64,000 bases of DNA. Source: Macrostomum lignano (lineage: Eukaryota). Positions 37,901-49,294 of the stretch are shown here, piece by piece. The position numbers and the translations under genes were made by a program. The notes under the pieces are model-generated. The model worked only from the letters and a program-made list of their open reading frames with translations. It searched no databases and was not told the origin of the DNA. The stretch covers positions 223,627-287,626 of the forward strand of contig NIVC01001061.1 of the NCBI GenBank assembly GCA_002269645.1, given 5' to 3'. Numbering within the stretch: position 1 is the first letter of the stretch; every line of letters starts with the position of its first letter.

Positions 37901-40900
37901 AGAGTGCTCAACTGAGTCTTGGAGTGCTCAACTGGGTCTTGAAGTGCTCAACTGAATCTTGGAGTGCTCAACTGGGTCATAGAGTGCTCAACTGGGTCTT
38001 GAAGTGCTCAACTGGGTCTTGGAGTGCTCAACTGGGTCTTGGAGTGCTCAACTGGGTCTTGGAGTGCTCAACCGAATCTTGGAGTGCTCAACTGGGTAAT
38101 GGAGTGCTCAACTGAGTCTTGGAGTGCTCAACTGGGTCTTGGAGTGCTCAACTGGATAATGGAGTGCTCAACTGGGTCTTGGAGTGCTCAACTGGGTCTT
38201 GGAGTGCTCAACTGGGTCTTGGAGTGCTCAACCGAATCTTGGAGTGCTCAACTGGGTCATAGAGTGCTCAACTGGGTCTTGGATTTCTCAACTGGGTCTT
38301 GGAGTGCTCAACTGGGTCTTGGAGTGCTCAACTGGGTCATGAAGTGCTCAACTGGGTCTTGGAGTGCTCAACCGAATCTTGGAGTGCTCAACTGGGTAAT
38401 GGAGTGCTCAACTGAGTCTTGTAGTGCTCAACTGGGTAATGGAGTGCTCAACTGGGTCTTGAAGTGCTCAACTGAATCTTGAAGTGCTCAACTGGGTCAT
38501 AGAGTGCTCAACTGGGTCTTGGAGTGCTCAACTGGGTCTTGAAGTGCTCAAGTGGGTAATGGAGTGCTCAACTGGGTAATGGAGTGCTCAACTGGGTAAT
38601 GGAGTGCTCAGTTGGGTCATGTATTGGTTTCTGATTAATCTAATGTAACAAAACATGACATTTTTCTAAGTAGATGCAGGTAGTCAGGTATCTACGTGAA
38701 CTACAAGTTAGAACGCAGGATGCTCCTGCCCTCCTAACAAGCTTTTACGTAGGAGGAAAAGCAGATTTTCATACATTTGATACAGCTACCTGAGGAAGTC
38801 AATACATGTAGTGTGTTTTCTGGCTACCACATATATAAAAAAAGTATAATAGTCATTTTCTGGTAAACATACCCTTGGCTGACACAACAGCTCCGTGTCC
38901 CACGGGTTTGAAAAGTTCTGTCATGTTGGATAGCACCTGCGCGATCACGTGACCGGCCCAGCCGTCGTGGTCTTTAGGCTGAAATTGATTGAGGTTTGTC
39001 AGTCAGTGCGAGACTGCAGCGTGATGAAGGGGCGAAGGGCCAGCCTGACTGGGGGGGGGGGGGGTGGAACCGCAGCTGACTGGGGGGGTGGAACCGCAGC
39101 TGACTGGGGGGGGGGTGGAACCGCAGCTGACTGGGGGGGGGGGGTGGAACCGCAGCTGACTGGGGGCGGAAATGCAGCTGACTGGGGGGCGGAAACGCAG
39201 CTGACTGGGGGCGGAAACGCAGCTGACTGGGGGCGGAAACGCAGCTGACTGGGGCGGAAACGCAGCTGACTGGGGGGCGGAAACGCAGCTGACTGGGGGC
39301 GGAAACGCAGCTGACTGGGGGCGGAAACGCAGCTGACTGGGGGGCGGAAACGCAGCTGACTGGGGCGGAAACGCAGCTGACTGGGGGCGGAAATGCAGCT
39401 GACTGGGGGCGGAAATGCAGCTGACTGGGGGCGGAAACGCAGCTGACTGGGGGGCGGAAACGCAGCTGACTGGGGGCGGAAACGCAGCTGACTGGGGGCG
39501 GAAACGCTGTCTCCCACACGCAGACTTCAAGTACTCACGTTCATCTGGTGGATGAAGCCGCCCAGCACAGTGATGGCGTCGGTGGTGTTGATGGCCTTCG
39601 ACATGCTCAGCTCCTGCCTCTTGCACACGATGTGCACCTCCATGGGCGTCGGGAGCGCCTTGCCGGTGGCGTCAAACAGCCGGTGCTCGCTGCCGATGCC
39701 CTTCTCGACGTTGGCGGCGCTGCCCCAGTGGAAGTGGAACTGGAAGCAGTTGTAGGTGCCGTTGAGGTGGCCTCCGGTCACCGTCAGGTCGGCGCTGTTC
39801 ACCGCGTCAGCTTGGACTGGAGAGGAGAGGATGCACAGGCTAAGGATCGGACAGGTGATTCTCAGGATGTTGAATGTTCTTCATGAGTTCTAATTGGCTC
39901 TTTTTGGTTAGTGGCGAGTAGCACTGGCTCTGGCATGTGATTTCTAAGCTGTAGCATGTGATTTCTAAGCTGTAGCATGTGATTTCTAAGCTGTAGTATG
40001 TGATTTCTAAGCTGTAGCATGTGATTTCTAAGCTGTAGCATGTGATTTCTAAGCTGTAGCATGTGATTTCTAAGCTGTAGCATGTGATTTCTAAGCTGTA
40101 GCATGTGATTTGTTAGCTGTAGCATGTGATTTCTAAGCTGTAGCATGTGATTTCTTAGCTTTAATAGGTGCCTTATAGACTCTAACAGGCACTTGTCTGA
40201 TGTCCTATGGTACAAATGTCTTCTCAGATTTTGCAGGTGTGTTCTGACCTCAGCAGCTAATGTGCTTTTTAAGGTAGTGCCCTGCCTTCCTACAGACCAT
40301 CAACTCACTGGAGTGTCCGTTGTTCTTCACGATGAACTTTCTCTCATCGTGCCAGCCCTTGCCCAGTCCGATTTTCTTCACCTTGGCCGACTTGTTCTTG
40401 CAGAGTCCCATCTCGATGTTGATGGGCGAGGGCCGGTTGGCCGGGAGGTCCTTGCAGAATGGGCTAATCTGCCACCACTTGGGCGGGGCTGCGGGGTGGT
40501 CAGAGGTATAAGACGACTTGCCTCCTCTTGGCAACAATAATTTAGCAAAGTTTAGCAGTTTGCAGTTTTCATGGCAACAAAACACCACTCGGTCTTACCG
40601 AACTCGCAGTGAGGACCGCGCGCGTTCTCGTAGGCGGGGTTGTACACGAAAGCTTTGGTCTCGCAGGGAATGACTGCGTTAGGTGGGTTGAGGCACAGTG
40701 TTAGTAGTGCATGTTTGTAAGTCAAAAAGGCGGGTTTGAGAAGATGTCAACATACGAGTATATAGATTCTGTGGTGACTGTGTGATAGTGACACAAGACT
40801 GTAACTGAGCTACATGTACATAGAGTAGGGTAGACTGAGTGAGTAAGAAAGTCAGAGAATAAGAGACACATTGAGAGCCAGGGAGAGACGCAGGGACAAA

Positions 40901-42375
40901 GAAGGACGTAGAGAGATGTAGAGAGAGACGGAGAGACGGAGAGATAGAAAGAGACGAGAGAGAGACAAAGAGACAAAGAGAAAGACTGAGAAAGCGACGG
41001 AGGGAGAGGTTGAAGAGAGAAGTACTGGCAAAGTAGAAGTTTCAAATGTGAGATCATATGAAAATGAGCTACTAATTGATGTCAAAATGAGATCGGGCTT
41101 TATTTATGCGGTGTGAACGAGCATTAATCAAGTCAGTTTGCTTTACTCAAGAAAAAAGAAGAGTTAGCTTTCATTATTACATCGAGTACACTGTCGTTGG
41201 GCTCAGATAAAAAGTGAGTTAGCTCCCATTGCGCTCGTGCTATGCATGGTTAATTGGTTAGTGACAGATACGTCTAGAAGCCTTACGGGCACAGTCGATC
41301 TTCCACGACGAGTCCTGATCGTACAGCTTGGTCTCGGCCCAGCGTTCCAGCCGCAGCTTGAACTCACTGTGCCGGATGTAATGGCGAGGGTTCCTCAGGG
41401 ACTGCAGTCGCACGTATCCGTTGCTCATGATGACTACCTTAAAGGTGGAGGCGTTCCTAAACTCTGCCGTGTTTTCGAACTTTGTCATCATGACGAAGTG
41501 GTCGGCAACCGTGTTGAGGAAGTGGCCAGGCTTCTCAGCTGACTCGATGGACACGGCTCGAGGATTGCCGTTCAGAGCTGGCGTGACGAACTTCAGTCTG
41601 GTGCCGTTGGTGGTGCTGATGGTGGAGATCACGTCGATACCGGCCTTGACGGAGTATTTGGGATAATTCTTCGAGATCAGATGGAACTCGCCGTCGCAAA
41701 CGTCCAGCTTGAACAGTTTGTCTGTAACAAATTCAAGTCTTTGTAGTTTTCTATCCAGAAAAAAACCAACGAAAACTTTCTGTCCCTGGGAGGCATACAA
41801 GAAACAAGCGACTTACCGCTTGCGCAGACAACTCCGAACGATGAATCAGCCTTGAACAGGTTGGTATCTGTCCAGCTCATGAGCTTCAGCTTCATTGACT
41901 GATGTCTCAGGTAATGCTTGGAGTGCGTCGTACTCTTGAATCGATAGTAGCCTTCCCCAGCCTTCTCAAGCAGGAACGAGGCCTCCCGGTTGAACAGCGC
42001 GCTCTTGTCGGTTTTCACCAACTTGATGATGTTGTCGACGTTGCACAGGAAGTAGCCCGGCTGAGACAGCGACTCCAGCGAAATGCCGTCCTTTGTTCCA
42101 TCAAGAGCGTCCCGCTCAACAAACCTGGTCCCGTTGCCAATGGCGATGCCCATCTCGCCGTTGCCCCTCTGGGTCAGGTAGTAAGTTGGGAAGTTGTACG
42201 AGTTGAAGATCACCGCATTTGGGCACATTTCTGCAACGAAGACACAGTGGAAAAGCGTGATGGACGGTAATTTCCCGAAGCAGTCGTAATTCTATTAATT
42301 AGAAAACTTACTCTTAGCCATCGAGGCCTGAACGCAGGCCACCAGAAGAGCCGTCAGCAGCAGGAACGGACGCAT
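34943..42375 (-). CDS. Secreted AbfB/CBM42-like x2 + alpha-carbonic anhydrase fusion protein, about 625 aa; exons 42375-42312, 42230-41817, 41721-41287, 40673-40599, 40488-40309, 39816-39539, 38978-38873, 37590-37439, 35116-34943
   Basis: Signal peptide [18 protein letters not shown]; two AbfB-like repeats (SLES..PGYFL; YLRH/YIRH...LF/Y..DSSF/W); CA motifs [42 protein letters not shown]. All eight introns are GT-AG with compatible phases (1,1,1,1,1,0,1,0); CDS total 1878 nt. The start of exon 5 could alternatively lie at a nearby upstream AG. Confidence 0.8.
35190..37365. repeat. 12-bp minisatellite (CTACAGCCTGAT) with higher-order structure, in the last intron of the CA fusion gene
   Basis: About 180 units; a marker variant ATGCACTATAAAGCCTGGTC recurs at about 35714, 36368, 36710 and 37160. 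Confidence 0.95.
37650..38615. repeat. 20-bp minisatellite (GGAGTGCTCAACTGGGTCTT), intronic
   Basis: About 48 copies. Confidence 0.95.
39045..39505. repeat. 22-24 bp G-rich minisatellite (GCGGAAACGCAGCTGACTGGGG), intronic
   Basis: About 20 copies differing in G-run length. Confidence 0.95.
39910..40155. repeat. 21-bp minisatellite (GCATGTGATTTCTAAGCTGTA), intronic
   Basis: About 11 copies. Confidence 0.95.
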
Positions 42376-43194
42376 CGTTGGAGATGAAGCGAGTTGGTCT
42401 CCGGTTATCAGCAATGACTTTATTTCCTTACTTCTCCACTTTATTCCGCCGCTTTGAACGATCTGGCGTCGTTATAAAGTCTATTGAGCACGCTGCGCTT
42501 CCGCCACCTCTCGCCGCCGTTCAGGAGACGCCATTCGGCACTGCTGGCGGGGAGGGGCGCTCCTCGGCCGCCTACCGTCTGCTGCCCCTCGCATCTCCCC
42601 CTGCCGCTACCACTCTACCTCTCCGTCCCGAATACCATCTGCGATCCGTGGAGGGCTTGCGCTGGGAGGGTCGGGAAAGGTGTGTGGGCGAGAAAATTAC
42701 AATGGTCCTCGCGCAAAACCGCCACCCAACCGGTCTAGCGTATCGAAACACTCGACTCGACTATGCAGTCAGTCTTCTCACTTGCAGAGCAGCATTTCAT
42801 CCAGTAAGTTGCGATCACTTCAAAACAGGGGCCAGCTGAGCTGGAGTGAAGCAGCCTGAGAGGGGTGTCGGAATTCTTTTTGTTGAAAAAAAAGCTTTTG
42901 AAGGAGGGAGACACGCGATCGATAAATTTGACAGTCTTGACTGCTGTGTTTGCCGCGAATTGCCCTGTCAGAGGGGGGGGGGGCGGTCCGCCAAAACCCG
43001 CCAGAGCTTCAGCATTTCTGCGGGCCCAGAAGGTCTGACACCGAATCTGAATAAGTTCAGTTCCAGCCGGTTTGAATCGGCGCGCAAATGCGACGCAGCT
43101 ACCAATTAGTTCAATAACTATAGTTGCAATAAGAAAACGCAAAGAAAAGGTATCGAACATTATTTGATTAGTAACTATTAAAAAATCTCCAAAT

Positions 43195-43780
43195 CTAAAT
43201 TTAATCTTACCAAATCTCACACCAGATCTCACCAAATTTCACTAAATCTTATTAAATCTCACCAAATCTCACTAAATCTCACCAAATCTCACTAAATCTC
43301 ACTAAATCTCACTAAATCTCACCGAATCTCATTAAATCTCACTAAATCTCACTAAATCTCTTTCGATCTCATTAAATCTCACCAAATCTCACCAAATCTT
43401 TTAAAATGTTATTAAATCTCATCAAATCTTATAATCTCAGTAATTCTCTCAATAGCGAAACCAGAAATTTGTTAAGGGGGCGGATTCTGGAGGGTAAAGA
43501 CTCAAGGGGCAGAGGGGGTGCGGCTCTGTATTTTGGAAAAAATTCGCTTGGTCCCCCCTTTGATTTTTTTCTGGTCTCCACCTAAAGGGGGGGCGACTGC
43601 TCCCCCCCAGCCCCCCCCCCTGGTTGCGCCACTGAAATCTCTCTAAATTTCACCAAATATCTCCGACCGAATTTCATCAAATCTCACTGAAACTCATTAA
43701 ATCTTATTAAATCTCACCAAAATCTTACCTTAATCTCTCGAAATCACAAAAAATATTGTCAAATCTCACCAAAAATTTCT
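43195..43780. repeat. Degenerate 10-bp AAATCTCAC(C/T) array interrupted by a GC-rich insert
   Basis: Direct observation. Confidence 0.8.
43473..43634. mobile_element. Possible small non-autonomous DNA transposon (hAT-type MITE) remnant
   Basis: GC-rich insert ending in CCCCCTGGTTGCGCCACTG (reverse complement CAGTGGCGCAACCAGGGG), a common MITE terminus. The left end AGGGGGCGGATTCTGG is only a loose match and no clean TSD is seen. Confidence 0.35.
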
Positions 43781-45785
43781 AAACTGCGACAAGCAACTCG
43801 AGCCAAAATTAAGTTTAAAATGCAAAGTTTTTCTCATTTCAAATCCGAATACTTTTTTAACGATTATAAAACCAGTTCCGATCTCATTATGCAATGAAGA
43901 CGTTACGGTAGTTAAAAAATTATCAAAAAGCAATGAATCTGGATTCTGTACAGGCAGCAATCGGAGCTGCTATTGAGAAAATCAGAGTCACTGTACACCT
44001 TGTATGAGCTTGTTCCTGCACGTACATCCATGTTCCTGCTCAGGGTCAACCGGAAGCGGTCTACTGTATATACTCTCCCCTTGATTTGCGGCAGTGTCAA
44101 ATTATAGTTTTTAATGAGCGAATAGAGCCAAGATATTAATGGCTAGCTTCAGTGTCTTCAGTGTATGCATGTAGAAGCTCGGGATTGATTTCCACCGCTG
44201 AGTAACCCACACAGCTCGTACTCTTGACGCTGGAATACTGGATCAGTATGGGTGCTGCTGCCAGCGCCCGACTCGAAGCAGCTCAAGAAGTCTGCTCTCT
44301 GAGAGACCGTCTGAGAAAACGTACGTGCCTGCCAACTGTCGGATCTAGTGAACGCTCCCAGCTGACGGGAGTCGGAGTCCGTCTCAGTCAGACTTCAACC
44401 TACGTCAAGCCGAGCTTTTTAGATTCTGTTCGTTCGTTGACCGAATGCAATTATTGTTATTATTTGATTCAATCATTTCTTTCCCAACCTGGTCCTGGGC
44501 AATTTGTCATTTTATGCACTATACTCGTATTAACTAATTAACCATTTTAAGTAAGAAAATAAGGAAATGCACAACGAGATATTACTTTACAAATAATAGC
44601 ACAAGCTATTAATAAACAGTACATGGTTGATAAGTACTAGCTTGTATAGGCTACTATAGCCTACTAAGTTCTGTCCATAAGAGCTTTTGTACATGTACTC
44701 TGATAACTGACGTTATGAACCAGACATTTACCTTTGCTTGCCCAATGAAACGTTTCTTAATTAAAGATTAACGATATCTTTTTTCTCTTCTTTAATGCTT
44801 ATGTGACAGTGTGATTCGTAGAAGCGTGTATCGTATTTCTTTATTTTCATATGCATACGGTACTACTACTGTATTCTTTCATTTATTTTAACAATATTCG
44901 TACGTATTATTATCGCGCTATTTTTACTGTTAATTGCTTTGTTTTTGTAGCCTCGTATGTATTTATTCTATTATTTGTATTTCTTTCACATCGTTATTAT
45001 TTCTCGTAAAGTAGTTCTAACTATGTACATGTACTGACGTATGTTATTCTTGCACGATATATTTTATCGATTAATTTGTACATGTACATTGCGCGCCGCG
45101 TGGGGGTTGTTTGTCTGGGTTTTGGATTAAGGGTGTTGTTGTTATCTGTTTACCTTTAAATATATGCTTACACTACAGTCAGCAGCCGCTCTCGCCCTTC
45201 CCCCTTGCTTCGCTTCTCGACCTAGGCTCGCTAACCCTTAGCTGTGACGCTATCTGGTCTCCTTACACCAACTCTTCCGCCGTCTACCTTGGCCCACCAA
45301 TTAATTAGTTAATTAACTGATCCAGCAATTTTAAGTAGCGATAGTAAAAGTCTAAGGGTGTAAGCGGCTTACCGATCTGCTAACTAATCGTGAACTATCT
45401 AAATTAACCGCTACACAAAACCGTCTTATTCGCCTTATTCGTCACACTCAACCTTACGAACTATAGAAAATATGCCGTTTGCTGACGGTTTTTAAAAGTC
45501 TGCTGGCTAAAACAAAGTAGTATTTATTGTCACTTTAAAACAGAATTCATAAAATATAAAAGCTAATTTTAGACAAAAATTTTAAAAAATCATTTTTAGT
45601 ATTAGAGACTTTATCACACAGCGCATTTTATTTAGAGCACCAAGAGAACCTCTTGCTTGCATCGAAAAATTCAATTGTGATTCAATCCTGGGTTCTGTTA
45701 TTGCAATTGTAAGGCTCCTACGTCTTACCAACAGTTAAAATACATAAAATTTCCCAAATTTTACTGATTAGATTTATTTTTAGTC

Positions 45786-48152
45786 ATGGCTTCTAACGTA
45801 GAGCTTAAACGCACCAAAAATCTGGAATACAGCTGCGATGAGTCTACTGATCCTTATACTGGTCTGCCAAAAACGCCAAATGTCCCATACTCCAACATGA
45901 CAAGTGAGCAGGAAAAGTCTATCAAAAAGGTGAGCGAAAAAGATATTTTGGATCAAATAACTTTTAAAATTGAAACTGTTTTTTAAAATATCAAATGAAA
46001 TACAACATTCACTAAATTTCACAAAATACAATAAAAGATAAGGATTTTATTTTTTAAAAACTCCTCATGGACTTATGCTGAAGTGCTGCTCGTTGCTGTT
46101 TTTTACTGTTAATAAGGTTTTTTGCTCGAAAATCGAAAACATTGCGCAACTTATAAAAAATGCAAATTACAAAGATACAATAATTTAAATAGATAGATAG
46201 ATATTTTTAAAAATTTAATTGCCTTTTAAGAGATCACACTTTCACAAAAAAGTTTGAAATTGAATCCTAAAAAATGATATTTTAAAAAACCTGTGAGCTC
46301 AATGCAAAATTGTTCTGGCAAATTCCAAAGAAATTAAATGAACCAATTAAAGAAAAACAAAATGACATCTGTTTCCTTTTTGGATTCACTTAAATCCCCT
46401 CCAATCATTCTTTTCCCAGAATCCGCACGCATTTTTTCACGAGTCCAAGGAGGAGCCGCGAGAGCCCGGCTGCATCCCGGATCCCCGTGAGGGCGGCCGG
46501 TACTACATAGACAGGTACGCCAATTCGATGTCGCAGCACCTGTTCAGAGACCAGCCGACGCCATCGAATCCGCACTGCTACATCGGCGATCGGCTGGACC
46601 GGGAGCTGCCGCCGGATCACAGCGCCTCGAGGCCGGGAGCATATTTCTCCTGGGGACCGAATCGCGCCGGTAATTATATAGCAGTGATCGTCAATCCGGA
46701 ATTATTACTTTATAATTTGTTAATCTAAACTCAACTTATTTATCGCACCAAAACCGAGAGCAGTGGCTAGAAATCGGCTAGTTGCAAATAAGTAACATTG
46801 TAAATCTCATAAGCAAAATTGAATTTAGTTTTAATTATCAGACGGAATTAAGTTTTTCGTAGAAATGCATTATAATTTTTAGATAGAGAAAACTTGACCT
46901 AGGCCACATTGAGTTTTAACCAGAACATTGCTGAAGATGCACTCATTAATAAACATATTTAATTGTCAGTAAAGTTTTGTCTTTTCATGGGGCAAATTTA
47001 AATTGGATTTCGGCCGCTTTTTCACATACAATAATGTTTTTTTACATTTGATTCTGTAGAATTAAATAAAAATGAATCTGTTGATTTTAGGCGAGAAGAC
47101 CCTCGGCCACTTTGACGGCGAATCTCCCGTGGCCTTCCTGCCGGTGGACACCTACCACCGGCCGCCGACCAACTTGCCAGGCGAGATCACCTTCAAGTAT
47201 GGCCGGCCGGGCGATGGCTACTATGCTCAGAGGAATCCGCGTTAGTTGCTTGATTTGCTCTGGAGATATTAATTGTTAGAGTTGATAAAAGCACAAACTG
47301 GTAGAGTGGCACCCCAAAAGTACATTCTGGCAGACTGGCGCCTCTCTCCTGTTCGAGTGGAATCCCAAAATTAAATTCTGGTAGACTGGTACCCCAAAAG
47401 TACATTCTGGCAGACTGGTACCTCAAAAGTACATTCTGGCAGACTGGTACTCCAAAAGTACATTCTGGCAGACTGGTACCCCAAAAGTACATTTTGGCAG
47501 ACTGGTACCCCAAAAGTACATTCTGGCAGACTGGTACCTCAAAAGTACATTCTGGCAGACTGGTACCCCAAAAGTACATTCTGGCAGACTGGTAACTTAA
47601 AAGTACATTCTGGCAGACTGGTACCCCAAAAGTACATTTTGGCAGACTGGTACCCCAAAAGTACATTCTGGCAGACTGGTACCTCAAAAGTACATTCTGG
47701 CAGACTGGTACCCCAAAAGTACATTCTGGCAGACTGGTAACTTAAAAGTACATTCTGGCAGACTGGTACCCCAAAATTACACTCTGGTAGACTGGTACCC
47801 CCTCCTGTTTGAGTTGATAAAAGTACAAGCTAGTAGAGTAGCATCCTGTCTGATGGTTAGATAAATGTATTCTTAGCCTAAGTGGCATAATTAAAGCCGA
47901 AACAGACTGGATAAACGCTTACTTGAACTCGCAGAGTCGAACACCTGGTTCGCATCCAGCCACCGGCTCAATGAGCAGCGAATTCTGCAGAACATTCGGC
48001 CCAAAACCCTGGCCGAGTACGAGCAGATCTCCAGCGAGTCACGCAGTCTGGCTGCCACTCGGCGTGACGAGGAAAAGTACCCCGAGTACTCAGAATACAC
48101 AGCCAAGTACACCGTGCAGGAGCGAACCCCGACCGCTTCTTCAGACTCCTAA
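45786..48152 (+). CDS. Protein of unknown function, about 253 aa; exons 45786-45929, 46420-46669, 47091-47240, 47935-48152
   Basis: Four GC-rich segments bounded by GT/AG with compatible phases (0,1,1); total 762 nt ending in TAA. Sequence includes KYGRPGDGYYAQRNPQSNTWF and YPEYSEYTAKYT. Confidence 0.7.
47305..47800. repeat. 29-bp minisatellite (CCAAAAGTACATTCTGGCAGACTGGTACC) in intron 3 of the unknown gene
   Basis: About 15 copies. Confidence 0.95.
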
Positions 48153-48699
48153 AAAACTTCTGCCGTCTGCTTATCTCTACTTTTAGTAGACGGTGCCGAG
48201 AATGTTATAGAAAAATGTCGCTAAACTGATTGAAAAAACTGCTTAGCTGTGAAATACTAACTCTAGTTTTTGTTTATATAATATGAAGCCGTTCGAGTAT
48301 GGGAAATTATTTGTTTTAATTAACTTTTTTCTTCAATAAAAAATTTGAAGAGTGGAAAGGTAAAATTATCTTGGTACGGGTACTACCGAAATTCTGTAAC
48401 AAGTAATTAACAATCAAATGCTAAATTATAAATATACAACCTAACAAGCTTCTGCAAGGACAAATTATTTAAAAAATCTGTTTATCTTTACAGAGCCTCT
48501 TTTCACAATTTCACTCTGAAAAACTCGAACTAAAGATCTCAAGTATGTATGACTGCTCCTTTGGGAATTAAAATCAAGGCGGTAAACAAATAATTTAAAT
48601 AAAATCCGATAAAAAATCGTCCGTTTAATATGAAAGTTTGGTTAAAAAATATTGCAGGAAAACAGTGACTAGCAGCAATCATTTTGTCTTAATTATTTG

Positions 48700-49020
48700 T
48701 GTTAAATAAGCATATAAATAATTATGTTGTAATTAGTAGTAGTAATAACTAAATAAATAATTGATTTTGTTTATAAATTGTCGCAGAAATCTGATGAGGC
48801 GGGCTAATGCAGTGCTAAAACATTTAAGCGATAAAATTGAAAGCAATAAAAATCAGCATATAAATAATTGTAGTAAATAACTAAATAAATAAATAATTGA
48901 TTTTGTTTATAAAATTGTCGCAGAAATCTGATGAGCCGGGCTTATGCAGTGCTAAAACATTTAAGCGATAAAATTTGTAATAAAACTGTTGTAAGAAAAA
49001 ATTGAAAGCAATAAAAATCT
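48700..49020. repeat. Imperfect tandem duplication of an AT-rich segment of about 140 bp
   Basis: TTGTCGCAGAAATCTGATGAG...CATTTAAGCGATAAAATT occurs at about 48778 and 48915. Confidence 0.8.
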
Positions 49021-49294
49021 TTGGTGGTTTATATATATTGTGTCAAGTCAAGTCAAGCTGTACTTTAATGTCATTCCAATGTAAATAAATAATATAAGTA
49101 TTATTAATTCGAAATTAATGGTCCCATAGAATTCCATTGAAAGTCTACAGTTCCGTGGCCAGAAAACTTGGTTTGAAATTCTCTACTTGATTTTCTTCTT
49201 TACTTTAAGTGTCACCTGTTCGCACTACTCTACTGCTCTTTTTCTATCAGTAGTAGAATCAGCACACGAGTAGCTCAGACGGAACACACAAAAT

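Noticed and set aside
42378-43235. ORFs of 84-166 aa upstream of the AbfB-CA start
   Set aside because: GC-rich promoter/5' UTR-like region with no protein motifs.
48778-48960. CTGATGAG as a hammerhead ribozyme core
   Set aside because: No stem II or GAAA follows at the required distance.
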